A DNA stretch of 64,000 bases, taken from the NCBI GenBank assembly GCA_965240325.2, contig OZ251230.1, positions 2,418,001-2,482,000 of the forward strand. Reading direction: 5' to 3'. The translations under genes were made by a program, and so were the position numbers. Positions within the stretch are counted from its first letter, which is position 1. The number at the start of each line of letters is the position of its first letter. The notes under the pieces were generated by a model that searched no databases, was not told the DNA's origin, and was given only the letters and a program-made list of their open reading frames with translations. Shown here one piece after another: positions 31,203 to 42,500 of the stretch. Origin of the DNA: Rebecca billardiae RCC1528 (lineage: Eukaryota; Protista; Haptophyta).

Positions 31203-31989
31203 TGCCCACTGATGGGCACGCTGAGTCAGGCGGGGTTCACCCGAGAGGTTACCGTTGGATCAAGGTTGAAGAAATTGGAAGTTCAAGTGTCGTCGTGGTT
31301 TGACATTCTGAATGGTGAGATCAGCGAGTCGTCTTTGTAATTGTCGATATTAATTGATGAGCTTTTCTACTTGGCGGTTCGGACCGACCGTCCGACGGAC
31401 CCGTTCGTCAGGGTGAGGAAGATTAGTTGGCAAGTTGCCCCCACTGGCCAAGTTGGGTGTAAGTATTACTAGTGACACGAGGTGCCAGGCGGGAGTCTGT
31501 GTCGAACAAGCTACCTCATTACCAAACCCTGATGACTAATTACGACCTCTCTGATCTTGTGGAGGACTCCGTCAAGGTTCACATATCATCCATCAACTTA
31601 CCTCGCAGGCGGAATCATACGGCAGTTTGATTTCCCAATCATGGAGTACAGTAAATACTACCTATGCCATCAAGGATCTCCTTGACCAGATTGGAATCGG
31701 CATGGCAGATGCGCGTGAGATACAACATCTCCCGTATATATATATAATAGTAATGCATCACACGTTTTAGGGAAGATACCCGCTTACATTAGATACCTGG
31801 AAGGCCCTTGCCTGAGCGGGTAGCGAGAATGGAATAAGTCGTACGGGTACTTACCACGGTACTACCACAATACCACTCCCCACCGGAAGTGCAAGCCGCT
31901 TGCCACTTCATCTGGACGGGCCGAACCGCACCACACACCGAGTCCACTTCCACCTCGCGCCCGAGTCGCGAGACAACTCGAGCTCGGCA

Positions 31990-33840
31990 ATGTCGAGACC
32001 ATCCGCCTCAGTGGCAGCCGCCGCCGACCTGTGGGTCGCCACTGTACTCAACGAGATGACGCCGCTCATGGAGGGCGCTCACGGAGGGCTCGCCGCGGCC
32101 CACCCGCTCGCGGCGAGCATCTCGCTCACGCTCCACCCGGCGGCGCGGAGCACGGGCGAGCGCACGCCCGAGAGGACGCCGATCGAGCAGCGCTCGGCGA
32201 AACGACGTCCGCGCGCGGCCAACCGGTTATTTTCGTCGTGCGACTTGCCACCGGCCTCACACGAGCCCGCGCCCGAGCCCGAGTGTTTGTCGTGGGCGCG
32301 CCGCGCCAGCGCGGACGACGTCGTGCGCGAGCATGCGTCTCCGCTCGAGAGCACGCTCTCGCTCGACGCGCGCCTCGCGCTGATGGCGTGGCTGGACGGC
32401 GTGCAGGCGCGCCTGGGCTCGGGGAGGGCGTCGAGCAACCTCCTCCTCCGCGGCGTGCGCCCCGAGCTCATCGCGCCCGAGCACACGGACGAGGCCGCGC
32501 TGCGCGCCGCCAGCCGCTTCTGGCGGACCTCGGAGGGCCGGCTCGAGCACTATGCGCTCTCCGAGCCGGTGGCGCCGGGCGAGCCGCTACTCTTCGTCTC
32601 GCACTGCTGGGACAGCCCGGCCGGCTGGGCTGAGTACGTCGGCGCCGGCCCGAGCGCCGCGTACGAGACGAGCAAGGCCACCGAGCTCTCGTTTGCGCTG
32701 CAGGACCTCGGCCTGGCTGACGAGCGCGCGCGCCAGATCCGGCTGTGGCTCGACAAGGCGTGCTGCCCGCAGGAGCACCCGCTGCTGCGCACGCACCTGG
32801 AGATGATCGACGAGTTCATCCGGCTGAGCTCGGGCGTCGTGGTGCTCATGCCCTGGCACTACTTCTCGCGCGCGTGGTGCGTGTACGAGTGGGCGGCCGC
32901 GCTGCTGCACCACGCGCCGTCCGCCCTGCGCGTGTGCACGGAGACGTCGATGAGCGCGCGCACGCTGCCGCTGTACGTGGACGCGGTGCGCCGGCTGAGC
33001 GTGGCGGGGGCGGAGTGCGCAGTCGACGCGGACCGGGACCACCTCCACGCCTTCGTCTGCGCCAACTTCGTCAGCATCGCCAAGTTCGAGCGCTTCGTCC
33101 AGGGCTCGGCCATCGCGCTGCTCGGCCGCTCGGCGCTCAACCGCGCGGCGCGCGCGAGCGACGTCGACGGACGGCTGAGCGCGTGGGTCGGCCTCGCGGA
33201 CGAGCTGGGGTTCGACGCGATCGCGAGCGCGCTGCGCGCGGCCGAGCCGGAGGGGTGGCGCGCGGCGAGCCTCTCCGACGTGCGCCGCGCCCAGCTGCGG
33301 CTCAGCTCGCCCGCGCGGCTGGGCAGGAGCGGCGCGGACGGTGCGCACGGCCTGTACGCCGCCGGCGCGCGCCGCACGTCGGTGAACTGCGCCCGGCCGC
33401 CAGCCGGCGCCGTGCAGCCGGCGACCGCCGTCCCGCCCCGCCGCGCGCCTGGCGGCCGCATGCCGTGCGCCGGGCTCGACGGCGAGCAGCGGCGCCGCTC
33501 CCAGCACCTCTCGCCACCGCCACGCCGCGGCGGGGGCAGCGGCTGCCGCTCGGCCGGTGGGCTCCGTCACTCGGCCGGCTCCGAGGCCTCCGGGCTGCCG
33601 CGCGCGACTCGGCAGTCGGACGACCTCGAGCTGCCGCCCGCCGTGGGCGAGCGCCGCGTGTGCCCGCAGGACTGGCAGGACGCGTACGTGCTCCACGTCG
33701 ACCGGTGGTTCGCCGACGTCGTCGAGCCGGCGCTGCTCGCGCTGCTCGCCGAGTGCGCGCTCACGTCGCCGTGCATTGCCTCGCCGCTGTCGGCGAGGCG
33801 GCGCATGCCGCGGGGCCCGATGGCGGTGGTGGGGGCGTAG
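31990..33840 (+). CDS. TIR-like/HET-like domain protein
   Basis: LFVSHCW, LWLDKACCPQ and YFSRAWCVYE motifs are typical of protist TIR/HET-related domains; AECAVDADR follows. Confidence 0.7.
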   Translation: MSRPSASVAAAADLWVATVLNEMTPLMEGAHGGLAAAHPLAASISLTLHPAARSTGERTPERTPIEQRSAKRRPRAANRLFSSCDLPPASHEPAPEPECLSWARRASADDVVREHASPLESTLSLDARLALMAWLDGVQARLGSGRASSNLLLRGVRPELIAPEHTDEAALRAASRFWRTSEGRLEHYALSEPVAPGEPLLFVSHCWDSPAGWAEYVGAGPSAAYETSKATELSFALQDLGLADERARQIRLWLDKACCPQEHPLLRTHLEMIDEFIRLSSGVVVLMPWHYFSRAWCVYEWAAALLHHAPSALRVCTETSMSARTLPLYVDAVRRLSVAGAECAVDADRDHLHAFVCANFVSIAKFERFVQGSAIALLGRSALNRAARASDVDGRLSAWVGLADELGFDAIASALRAAEPEGWRAASLSDVRRAQLRLSSPARLGRSGADGAHGLYAAGARRTSVNCARPPAGAVQPATAVPPRRAPGGRMPCAGLDGEQRRRSQHLSPPPRRGGGSGCRSAGGLRHSAGSEASGLPRATRQSDDLELPPAVGERRVCPQDWQDAYVLHVDRWFADVVEPALLALLAECALTSPCIASPLSARRRMPRGPMAVVGA

Positions 33841-34190
33841 GCCGGTGCCGTCGTCATGCGCGCAGACTGACCGAGTTGACGCGATGAGCTGTCTCAGCCC
33901 CACGCTCTCGATGGACTAATGTTCCTCCTAAGATTCGGACGCTGCGCCTGCTAACGCTAACGGCCACTGAGCCCTGCGGCTGACAGACGGTCGTGAGTGA
34001 AGTGAGTGAACGTGAGGTCGTGAGTGAACTTCACTCACGCATCGTGTCCACTGTCAAAGTGGCTCAGTGGCAGCAAAGGAATCAAGGGGGGCAGCGTCCG
34101 CAGACCGAAATTCAGTTGAAACCTACCGGACAGGACCACCCTTGCGGACAGGACGCGCACGCTGGCCGCTGGCGTGCAGGAATAAATAGG

Positions 34191-36200
34191 ATGGCGGCGC
34201 CGCGGCGGCTCCGCGAGCTGGACGAGCGCTTCCTGGAGGAGGAGCACGGCGAGTGCTGGGACTCCTGCCTGCCGTGGCAGATCGCGCTGACGGTGACGCT
34301 CCTCGTCGTCCCGCCGCTCTACCTCACCGCCAGCCGCGGGACGGTGCGCGGGCCCACGCGCCACCACCACCATCGCGCTCCGGCCTCGTCCGGTCCGGCC
34401 GCGTTTGACGCCGCTGAGCACCGGCGGTACTCGGCCGACGAGCGGCGGTTCTCGGCGACGGGGAGCGGCGCGAGCGAGCCGTCGCTCGCCGCCGTCGTGT
34501 CGCGCATCGAGCCGCGCGACGCGCTCGCCGACCTGCTGCAGGAGAAGCTGCGCGTGTCGCGCGCGCGCATGCGGCGCGCGCCTCCGGCGTACGAACGCTT
34601 CCCGCAGATCTCGCTGCGGTACCGGCTGTACGGCAAGGGTGGCAAGCAGACGCGGCACGCGCGGGGCGACCTGTACCCGCTGTACACGATGGACACGATG
34701 CGCAACCTCGCCGACCACATCTTCGACTGGATGACCGGCTACGGCAACGAGAGCGCCGCGCGCGCGCGCGCGGCCGCGATCCGGCCGTGCGACCTCGTGT
34801 ACTCGACGCTGCGCCCGACGAGCACGTTCGTGGAGCGCGTGCACAGGCACGTGGGCGGGCGGTACCTGCTGCTCACCGACACGGCGGCCAAGTCCGTCCG
34901 CCACGGCTGCGCGGAGGACCGCCTCCGCCTCTCGCCGCGCGTGGCCGCGTGGTTTGCCAACGACAACGAGATGCGCGACGAGGGCAGCACGCGCAAAATG
35001 GTCTCGCTGCCCGTCGGCGTGGACGACGCGCTGGAGGTGGGCGTGGCCGGGGAGCCGGGCTCGGTGGCGTTCCACGCGAACGTCACCGACTTCCTCGCCA
35101 CGCTCGCCGCCGCGCAGGCGCAGCGCAAGGACCGCTGGCTCGCCCCGCTGCAGATGAAAAACACGCACGCGGAGCGCACGCACCTGCGGCGCGTGGTCGC
35201 GCGCCGCTTCCGCCTGCTCGACGCCGCCGAGCTCGACGCGCTGGAGGGCACGGACGCGGCGGCGGACGACGGCGGCGGCGCGGCGCTCGCCGCCGCGGTG
35301 CAGGCCAACGACACCGCCGCGCTCGACGCGGAGATCCCCATCGCCCCGCCGAGCGCGCGCCGGCTGAACCTGCGAGAGTTTTTGCTGGAGCTCGGCCGGC
35401 ATCGGTTTGTGCTCTCGCCGCGCGGCGCGGGGCTCGACTGCCACCGCACGTGGGAGGCGCTGCTGGTGGGCGCGATCCCGATCGTGCGCACGTCCGCGCT
35501 CGACGTGCTGTACGAGCGCCTCCCCGTCCTCGTCCTCTCCTCCTGGTCGGAGCTCCGCCCGCGGCTGCTGCGGCGCTTCTATGCGTACGTGCAAGCGCGC
35601 CGCGGCCTTTTTGATTACGAGCGCTTATTCGCCGACCACTGGATCGGGAGGATCGAGCTGGCGCGCGAGCGCTGCCTCGCGCTCGAGCGCGCGCGGTTCG
35701 CGCCGCGGTACGCGTACAACTACTCCGCGCGCGGCGGGTGGGAGCCCGTGCCCGGCAGCCGGAGCGCGCGCGGCGGCCGGCTCGGCGCCGACCGCGAGCC
35801 GCCCAGCTGCCTCTACGCGTCCGCAAAGGCGCGCGCGGGCGGCGGCGCGCGGAGTGGCGGCCGCGCCGACGGCAGCCCGCGCGTGGTGCACTGGCGGCGC
35901 GATCCGTTCGGCAAGGGCTCGCGCGACTGGCCGACCATCCGCGCGCCGCGCGGGCCCAGGATACCCGCGCCCGGCGCGTCGCGCAAGTCGCCCTTCCTCA
36001 GGCCGGCCCGCGCGCGGCCGCCCGCGCCGGCGCTCGACAACGCTCACCGCGCGCACAGCCGACCGCCGGCGTCGGGCGCGCGGAGGAGCGGGGCGGCGCC
36101 GCGTCCCGGCCCGCGCCCGAGCCAGCCCCTCGCGAAGCCCAACGCCGCGGGCGCCTTGCGGTCGACTGCGCCCCACCGGGCGGAGGCTGGGCCGCACTGA
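34191..36200 (+). CDS. Exostosin-like glycosyltransferase (GT47), type II membrane protein
   Basis: TM helix WQIALTVTLLVVPPLYL; FVLSPRGAGLDCHRTWEALLVGAIPIV...LYERLPVL motif. Confidence 0.82.
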   Translation: MAAPRRLRELDERFLEEEHGECWDSCLPWQIALTVTLLVVPPLYLTASRGTVRGPTRHHHHRAPASSGPAAFDAAEHRRYSADERRFSATGSGASEPSLAAVVSRIEPRDALADLLQEKLRVSRARMRRAPPAYERFPQISLRYRLYGKGGKQTRHARGDLYPLYTMDTMRNLADHIFDWMTGYGNESAARARAAAIRPCDLVYSTLRPTSTFVERVHRHVGGRYLLLTDTAAKSVRHGCAEDRLRLSPRVAAWFANDNEMRDEGSTRKMVSLPVGVDDALEVGVAGEPGSVAFHANVTDFLATLAAAQAQRKDRWLAPLQMKNTHAERTHLRRVVARRFRLLDAAELDALEGTDAAADDGGGAALAAAVQANDTAALDAEIPIAPPSARRLNLREFLLELGRHRFVLSPRGAGLDCHRTWEALLVGAIPIVRTSALDVLYERLPVLVLSSWSELRPRLLRRFYAYVQARRGLFDYERLFADHWIGRIELARERCLALERARFAPRYAYNYSARGGWEPVPGSRSARGGRLGADREPPSCLYASAKARAGGGARSGGRADGSPRVVHWRRDPFGKGSRDWPTIRAPRGPRIPAPGASRKSPFLRPARARPPAPALDNAHRAHSRPPASGARRSGAAPRPGPRPSQPLAKPNAAGALRSTAPHRAEAGPH

Positions 36201-36389
36201 CTCAAGCCGAACTGCGACGGCGCACACGGCAATGCGTCCAAAAATAAAATGGCGACGCGACGCGAATAAAAAGTACCTAAAAAGTAATCAGCGCAGCATC
36301 AAGCTGGTGAAAATGACACGCAACCTCCTCGGCCTGAGCGAGGCCGACGCGAGCGCGGGCCCGGCAGCCATCGCCCAGCGTCCGTCGCA

Positions 36390-36827
36390 ATGCGCTTCAA
36401 CTCGAAGCTCGGCACCGGCGCTGCCCACCGGTGGGGCATGATGCGCAGCATGGTCGACGCGCTGCTGGTGCACGAGCGCATCAAGACCACTCTGGCCCGC
36501 GCGAAGGAGCTGCGCCGCGTCGCCGACCGCGTCGTGCGATGGGGGAAGGACGGCAGCGAGACGGCCCGGCAGCACGCGCGATCGATCGTGCGCACGGAGG
36601 CCGCGCTCGACAAACTCTTCGACGAGATCGGCCCACGCTTCCAGGACCGGCAAGGCGGGTACACACGCGTGCTCCGGACCGCGCCGCGAGCAGGCGACAA
36701 CGCCGCCATGGCCTTCGTCGAGTACGTCGGATGGCGCGAGAAGCACATGGCGGCTGCGGACCCGGCCGACATTGTCGACGGCGTGCCGTCAAGGGACTTC
36801 CTCAAGGCGAGGCGCACGCCCGCGTAG
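36390..36827 (+). CDS. rplQ: Organellar ribosomal protein bL17 (probably mitochondrial)
   Basis: HR..MMRSMV..L..HERIKTTLARAKELR, KLF..IGPRF.DR.GGYTRV, R.GDNA.MA.VE. Confidence 0.95.
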   Translation: MRFNSKLGTGAAHRWGMMRSMVDALLVHERIKTTLARAKELRRVADRVVRWGKDGSETARQHARSIVRTEAALDKLFDEIGPRFQDRQGGYTRVLRTAPRAGDNAAMAFVEYVGWREKHMAAADPADIVDGVPSRDFLKARRTPA

Positions 36828-37451
36828 GCGTGCTGGCGGCGGGCGGGGCGCACGCCACGACGCGTGGGGGCCAACGCGCGATGGCATAGCAGCCATCGGC
36901 GCCGGGGCGGAGCACGACTATCTATCCGCAGGACGTGGCGCTGCTGGAGTGCCTTATGGTCCGCCGTTATATGGGCGGAGTGGCCGACACAATCACGGGC
37001 TGACTGTACTACTGAGTAGTAATGAATGGCGTTGTAAGCAGAGCAACCAGTAAGTCATATATCATCTGAGTCCTGAGACCGAGTGCTGTCGATGCGCTCA
37101 GCCTCAGCGCTGCAGACAGTGCAGTTCTGCCTCCGGGGCCGGCGCCCGCCCGCCCGGCGCCCGCGGGGCCGGGGCCGGGGGCGGCCGGCTAGGCGCCACC
37201 CCGGCCCCCAGCACACTGATCAGCTCGAGATCCTGCCGCGGTGCAAGGCAGCGCCAGTGCACACAGAGTGACACAGCTCACGCACAGCAAGCACCGACTG
37301 CTCGCAGCTCGGTCCCTCTGATCATGATGACCAGCATCGAATCCTGGACATCATGAGTCCCGCAGTGCCGGTTTGCCCGCGCGCCGAGTGCGCCGTGCCG
37401 CGCGCCCGGGGTGCTGCGCGGCCTGCGCGGCCGCCGCCGACGCGCTCTGCC

Positions 37452-38596
37452 TCAGAAGTCGCCCGTGTCCAAGTCGTGCAGCGTCTTCCCGGGCTGCCAG
37501 TTGGGGAACGTGCGCTTCCCCTTGGGGAACTCCGCGTCTGTGACGTCCTTGCCCTGCGCGGCGCGCGCGCGGGTGTGCGCGCCCGTCGCCCGTCGGTCGT
37601 GAGCGCCGCGCGAGCGGGCGCGCACGCCGGCGCGCGGGCGCGCGCGCGCACCCGCTCGAAGGCGTAGTGGTCCATCGGCACGTGCGCCTTGAACGTGCCG
37701 TGGTCCTTCTTGCTCGCGGCCATCATCTTGTTGAAGCGCCCGTACGGCGTCGCCTCCAGCTTGTCCCACATCGTCGGCGGAAGCGTGACGCGGCCGAGCT
37801 CGCGCGACTCCTTGAACTCGCCGGGGAGGGTCTGCTGCTCGCGCTTGAACTTGTTCACCTCGAGCTTCACCGGGTCGTCGTCCGTCGTCACGTGGTACTT
37901 GATCGTGTGCTCGCGCGCCACGAGCGGGTCGTACTCCGACTCGATAATAATATCCCGAAATAGACCGCCCTCCTTTGAGTTGGCTGCGACGAGAAACTGC
38001 TCGTACAGCTTGCGCCGGCGGACGGCGATGTCGTGCGAGGAGACCTTGGCAAGCTGCCGGCTCACCTGCCGATTCACGCGGTCGAACACCTTCTCGTGCC
38101 ACTCCCGGCACAGCGCCTCCGCCTTCCGCCGGACATTCTCGTCGTTGAGCCGGCAGTACTCTTTGACCAGCGTGACAAACTCCTCTTCCTCCATCATGAG
38201 CTCGTTGTACATGCGCGCGAACTTGTCCTCCTCCTCGCGCTGCTGCTGCTCGCGCTTGCGCCGCATCGCCCGCGCGATCCGGTCCTGCCGCTCCTCGTAC
38301 TTCTCGCGCAGCTCCTCGCGCGCGCGCTCGCGGTCCGCCTCTGTACGGCGCGTGCGCGGCTGCACGCGCGTGAGCACCGATGTGTCGGAGGTGCGGTTGA
38401 GCACGGGCTCGCGGATGGTGCTGCGCGAGGCGGTGGAGGTGGCGGTCATCGTGCTGTCACGCGCGAGCCCGCCGCGCTTCGGCGGCGACGGCCGGCTCTT
38501 CCGAGCCTGGTAGGTCAGGCTCTCGGCGTCGGCGAGCAGCGTTTGTCGCCACGCGTCGTTCGCGACGTGCACGGTGCCGTGCGCGGCGGAGGCCAT
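37452..38596 (-). CDS. FAM228-like coiled-coil protein (intron 37554-37651)
   Basis: RKAE.L.REW.EKVF.RV, F....NSKEGG.FRDII.ESEYDPL. The GT-AG intron joins to a ...EFPKGKR... exon. Family call is from recollection. Confidence 0.55.
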
Positions 38597-40211
38597 GGGG
38601 CCAGCGTGCGCGCGCGTGTGGTGGGGCGTGCTCGCACGAGAGGCGCCCTCGAGCCCGGCCTGCCGGCGCTAGGCAGCGCGCGCGCCGTCGCTCGCGTCGC
38701 GAGTTGCGCCCGTGGCCGTGGGCAGGGTGCTTGCAACACCAGGGCGGTCGTAACTGTCGCGATTTCTCCCGATCGATTGACGACGCCCACGGAGATTTCA
38801 GCATGGCCGCGCTCCCAGTCCTCATACGCTGCTGGCTGAGCACGCACTGCCGGGTAGAGCTGCAGGACCGGCGTGGCCGCTCGCAGCTAATGGAGTGCAC
38901 GGCCTGCGCCCGCTCAGGCGTGTCGCCTGCGATCGACGGCGCTAGCGCCCGCCGTGCCGGCATGCGTGGCGGCCCCCCGATTCCTCAGTTCACTTGTATT
39001 CAGTCACGGCCGTCCGCCATTAACTCGGCGCGCGTCGAGTTGCCTCTTTTATCGGTCGTCTATTCGTGAACGCATTGACAGTCGACTGACGTTGACCCAA
39101 ATGCAGAATGTGATCGGCGGTGCCGGGAGCTGTCCAGGGCGCGCAGTGCCGGTATCCAAGTGTCTGCCTCCCGCAGCTGGACGACCCGTAAGTCGGGGCC
39201 GCGCGACGGCTGCCGCGCAGCCACTGACCATCAATCAGGCAAGGCGGCGTCAGCGACCCCGGCCAGCCGCAGCAAGGGGCTTGCAAAAGACCCCCTTCTG
39301 TAAGCCTCTTGGTCGCACTCATCGCAGCCGAATTGTGACGGAATATAATAACAGTGCCTCAGTGCATTGTCGTCGCAGTATCCGTGACTCGTGTCTCGTC
39401 CGCGCACAGGTAGTATTAAATATGTATTATTCATCCTCATCCAGGCGCCCACGCGGGCGCACGGGGGCGACAGCCGCGGCTGCCGCTTGCCGGAGCTGCT
39501 CGCCGCTAGGTCGGCGGGCGGCGACATCGACTACGGCCTCACCCTCATCCAAGTGCTCCGGAAGGCGCTCGGCCGCGGCGGCATCTGCCGTCGCCGCCGC
39601 GTGCCCCAGGCCGAGGCGGTGCTCCATCCCGGCCCCGCTCCCGTAGGGGGGCAGGGCTGCGGGTGGCGCACTGTCTGACCTGGTCGGAAGGCGCGGACGC
39701 ATTCTATGTGTCTGTTGCACTCTTGAGCCTGACGCTTGTCCGATGCTGCCACGTCGTTAAATATATATTATATATATACTGATTTAAAATCAGAATCGCC
39801 AGTCGTCTCCGCGAGTACTAGGCGAGTACCGTCTGTCCGTCGACGCGGGCGTCGTGCTCTATAGAGACTAGAATTATATATATATATACAGAGTCGTCGC
39901 ATTTATTGATTATTCGTCTAAGCAGGCGGCTCCGTGGGCCGCATCGCAAGCCATCGCATCACCGAATTAGACCTGAGATCAGTCCGGCCGCGCCGCAACT
40001 CGCAATAAGAGTACGGCCAAGTCCGAACACCGCTCAACACGCTCCGCGGGACCGCGCGGAGCCGTCCGCTCCGGAAAGTAAGATGCTGTTGCCACGCGCC
40101 GCGTCATGCCGCTGAAGCGGCGATATCGGGTATATCGCGGCCCGCGCGCGGGCGGCACCGCGTCACCCGACATCGGCTGACGCAGAGTGGCCTGAGAGGG
40201 GCGAGGGCTCC

Positions 40212-40412
40212 TCAGAGAATCACGCACGCGCGCGACTGGCTTGTCGGCCCGGAGAGGCGCGGGGTATCGAGCGCCACCTCGGAGATCTTCGAGTCCGCCT
40301 CGGGGTTCTTCGGCAGCGTCTTGAGCAGCGCCGCCGAGTGCTGCTTGATGAGCCCGCTCTTCGGGTGTGCCAAGCGCGAGTTCTTGACGGTCGCGCGCAC
40401 GCCCGCGGCCGC
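40212..40412 (-). CDS. 3' end of a gene truncated by the gap; ends in CaaX (CVIL)
   Basis: Open frame runs from the N-gap to ...SQSRACVIL-stop with GC3-rich codons. Confidence 0.5.
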   Translation of the reverse strand, partial: AAAGVRATVKNSRLAHPKSGLIKQHSAALLKTLPKNPEADSKISEVALDTPRLSGPTSQSRACVIL

Positions 40413-40612
40413 NNNNNNNNNNNNNNNNNNNNNNNNNNNNNNNNNNNNNNNNNNNNNNNNNNNNNNNNNNNNNNNNNNNNNNNNNNNNNNNNNNNNNNNN
40501 NNNNNNNNNNNNNNNNNNNNNNNNNNNNNNNNNNNNNNNNNNNNNNNNNNNNNNNNNNNNNNNNNNNNNNNNNNNNNNNNNNNNNNNNNNNNNNNNNNNN
40601 NNNNNNNNNNNN
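40413..40612. other. Assembly gap (200 N)
   Basis: Run of N. Confidence 1.
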
Positions 40613-40931
40613 TTAAAATATATATATATATATATATACGCCTAATAAGCTGTCATAACGGCGGCGCCGGGCGCCTGAAGGCTGAACGCCCTGAACCGCA
40701 CTCGCCGAGTCTGAGCAGGCATCACGGTAGTGGCGTCCTTGACTCCCAGGATCTCAGGCTGCAGTAGATGGCATCGCGGTCGCTCGGACACACTACCAGG
40801 CGCGGTGAGCGGTGCCTGGGCGGAGGCTGGGTGCCGACTGCCGCGCAGTGCGCGGATCGACGCTGGCTGAGTGCGACCCATTTCGTGTGCTGTGCGGGGG
40901 GCGCGGGAGAGCGCGCGGCCGTCGGCGGTCG

Positions 40932-42500
40932 TCAGTGCGTAAACGAGTGCGGCAGCGTGAGCCGCCCCTCGCCCTGGCTCTCGGCCAGGCCCTCCAGCGG
41001 CCGGCCGGCATCGGGCGCGGGCGCGGGCCCGTTCGCGCCCGCCGCCGTCTCAGCGGCGCCGTTGGCCCCGCCGCCGCGCGTGCGCGCGCGCTTGGCTGCT
41101 GGTCCGTCCGCGCGCGCCGCGCCGGCCTGGTCCCGGACCAAGTCCGGGAAGAGAATCTCGTCGGCGTCGAGCATCGCGCACGCGCCGGCCGACGTCGGGC
41201 GCGGCGGCGGCTCCGCCGCGCCCTCGGCCTCCACCTCGTACTCGAAGCGCGAGCCCCAGTCCCGCCGCACCGCGTCGAGCACCGCCTGGCGGTCGCACAC
41301 ACGCACGCGCACGCCGCTCTCGCGAACGCGCGCGGCGACGGCGAGCTTCTGCGACTCCTGCACGATGGGCACGGGGCAGCGCGACTTGTACGCGACGTCG
41401 CGCACGCGCAGCGCCGCCGGCGTCGACGCGCCGCCCCCCGCGCGCTCGAGCTCGCGCAGGATCACGCCCGCCTGCGCGCGCGCGTGCGCCGCGTTGGCCG
41501 CATCGGTCGCCTCCGGCACGGCCGTCTCGACGCCGACGGCGCGCGCGTGCGAGCCAAGGGCGCGGTTGTCGCGCGGGAAGCAGGGCCCGCCGAAGCCGTA
41601 GCCGGGCGCGATGCAGCGCGTGCCCACGCGCGAGTCGCAGCCCAGCGCCTCGAGGATCTGCCCCTTGTCCACGCGCGCCGCGCCCTCGGGCGGCGCACCC
41701 TCGGCGCCGGCCGGCGGCAGCGTGGCCGCGTTGGCCAAGTCAGTCGCGTCAGCCGTGTCGGCCACCCAGTTGGCGAAGGCGATCTTGAGCGTGACGAAGC
41801 AGTTGAGCGCGAGCTTGGCGATCTCGGCGGAGGCCGGGCTCATCCGCCGCAGCGCGGGCGGCCCGCCGCCGCGCTTCGCCACCGCCGCCGCCTGCGCGGC
41901 CGCGGCCGCGGCTGTGCCAAGGATCGCGCGCTGCACGCTCTCGAGCGCGAGCGCGGCCGCGTCGGTTGGCGCGCCGATCAGCACGAGCTCGGGCGCGAGC
42001 AGGCCGGCGACGATCTCGCCCTGCGCGATGAACGCGGGCGAGTACGACACGTCGACCCCCTCGCAGTCGCGCAGCAGCGCGGGCGCCACCGCCGTGCAGT
42101 AGCCGGGCATGACCGTACAGCAGATGACGACATGCTTGGCGCGCACGCGCAGCGCGTTGAGCTGGGAGAGCACGTCGTTGACGTGCGAGTGGTCGTAGTG
42201 GCGCTCGCCGCCGCTCGACGGCGTCTGCACGAAGACGAAGAGCATCCGCGCGCCCTCCACCGCCTCGCGCACCGACGTGGTCGCGCGCAGCCGCGTGGCG
42301 GCGCGCAGCATCCGCTCGACCTCCGGCTCGTGCGAGCGAAGCGTTTTGGCGTTGATGGCGTCGACGTAGGAGGGGAAGACGTCGACGGAGGTGACGGGGT
42401 GCCCCGCGGCCTCGGCGCACAGCGCGAAGCACAGGCCCAGCCGCCCGGCGCCGAGCACCGCGATGGGCTCGCGCGCCGCGTCGGCGGGTGCGGCGGCCAT
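40932..42500 (-). CDS. UDP-glucose/GDP-mannose 6-dehydrogenase family
   Basis: IAVLGAGRLGL Rossmann motif, FVFVQTP, CTVMPG, SAEIAKLALN.F...KIAFAN, DSRVG, GYGFGGPCFPRD catalytic Cys, AYK...ESQ. Intronless. Confidence 0.9.
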   Translation of the reverse strand: MAAAPADAAREPIAVLGAGRLGLCFALCAEAAGHPVTSVDVFPSYVDAINAKTLRSHEPEVERMLRAATRLRATTSVREAVEGARMLFVFVQTPSSGGERHYDHSHVNDVLSQLNALRVRAKHVVICCTVMPGYCTAVAPALLRDCEGVDVSYSPAFIAQGEIVAGLLAPELVLIGAPTDAAALALESVQRAILGTAAAAAAQAAAVAKRGGGPPALRRMSPASAEIAKLALNCFVTLKIAFANWVADTADATDLANAATLPPAGAEGAPPEGAARVDKGQILEALGCDSRVGTRCIAPGYGFGGPCFPRDNRALGSHARAVGVETAVPEATDAANAAHARAQAGVILRELERAGGGASTPAALRVRDVAYKSRCPVPIVQESQKLAVAARVRESGVRVRVCDRQAVLDAVRRDWGSRFEYEVEAEGAAEPPPRPTSAGACAMLDADEILFPDLVRDQAGAARADGPAAKRARTRGGGANGAAETAAGANGPAPAPDAGRPLEGLAESQGEGRLTLPHSFTH

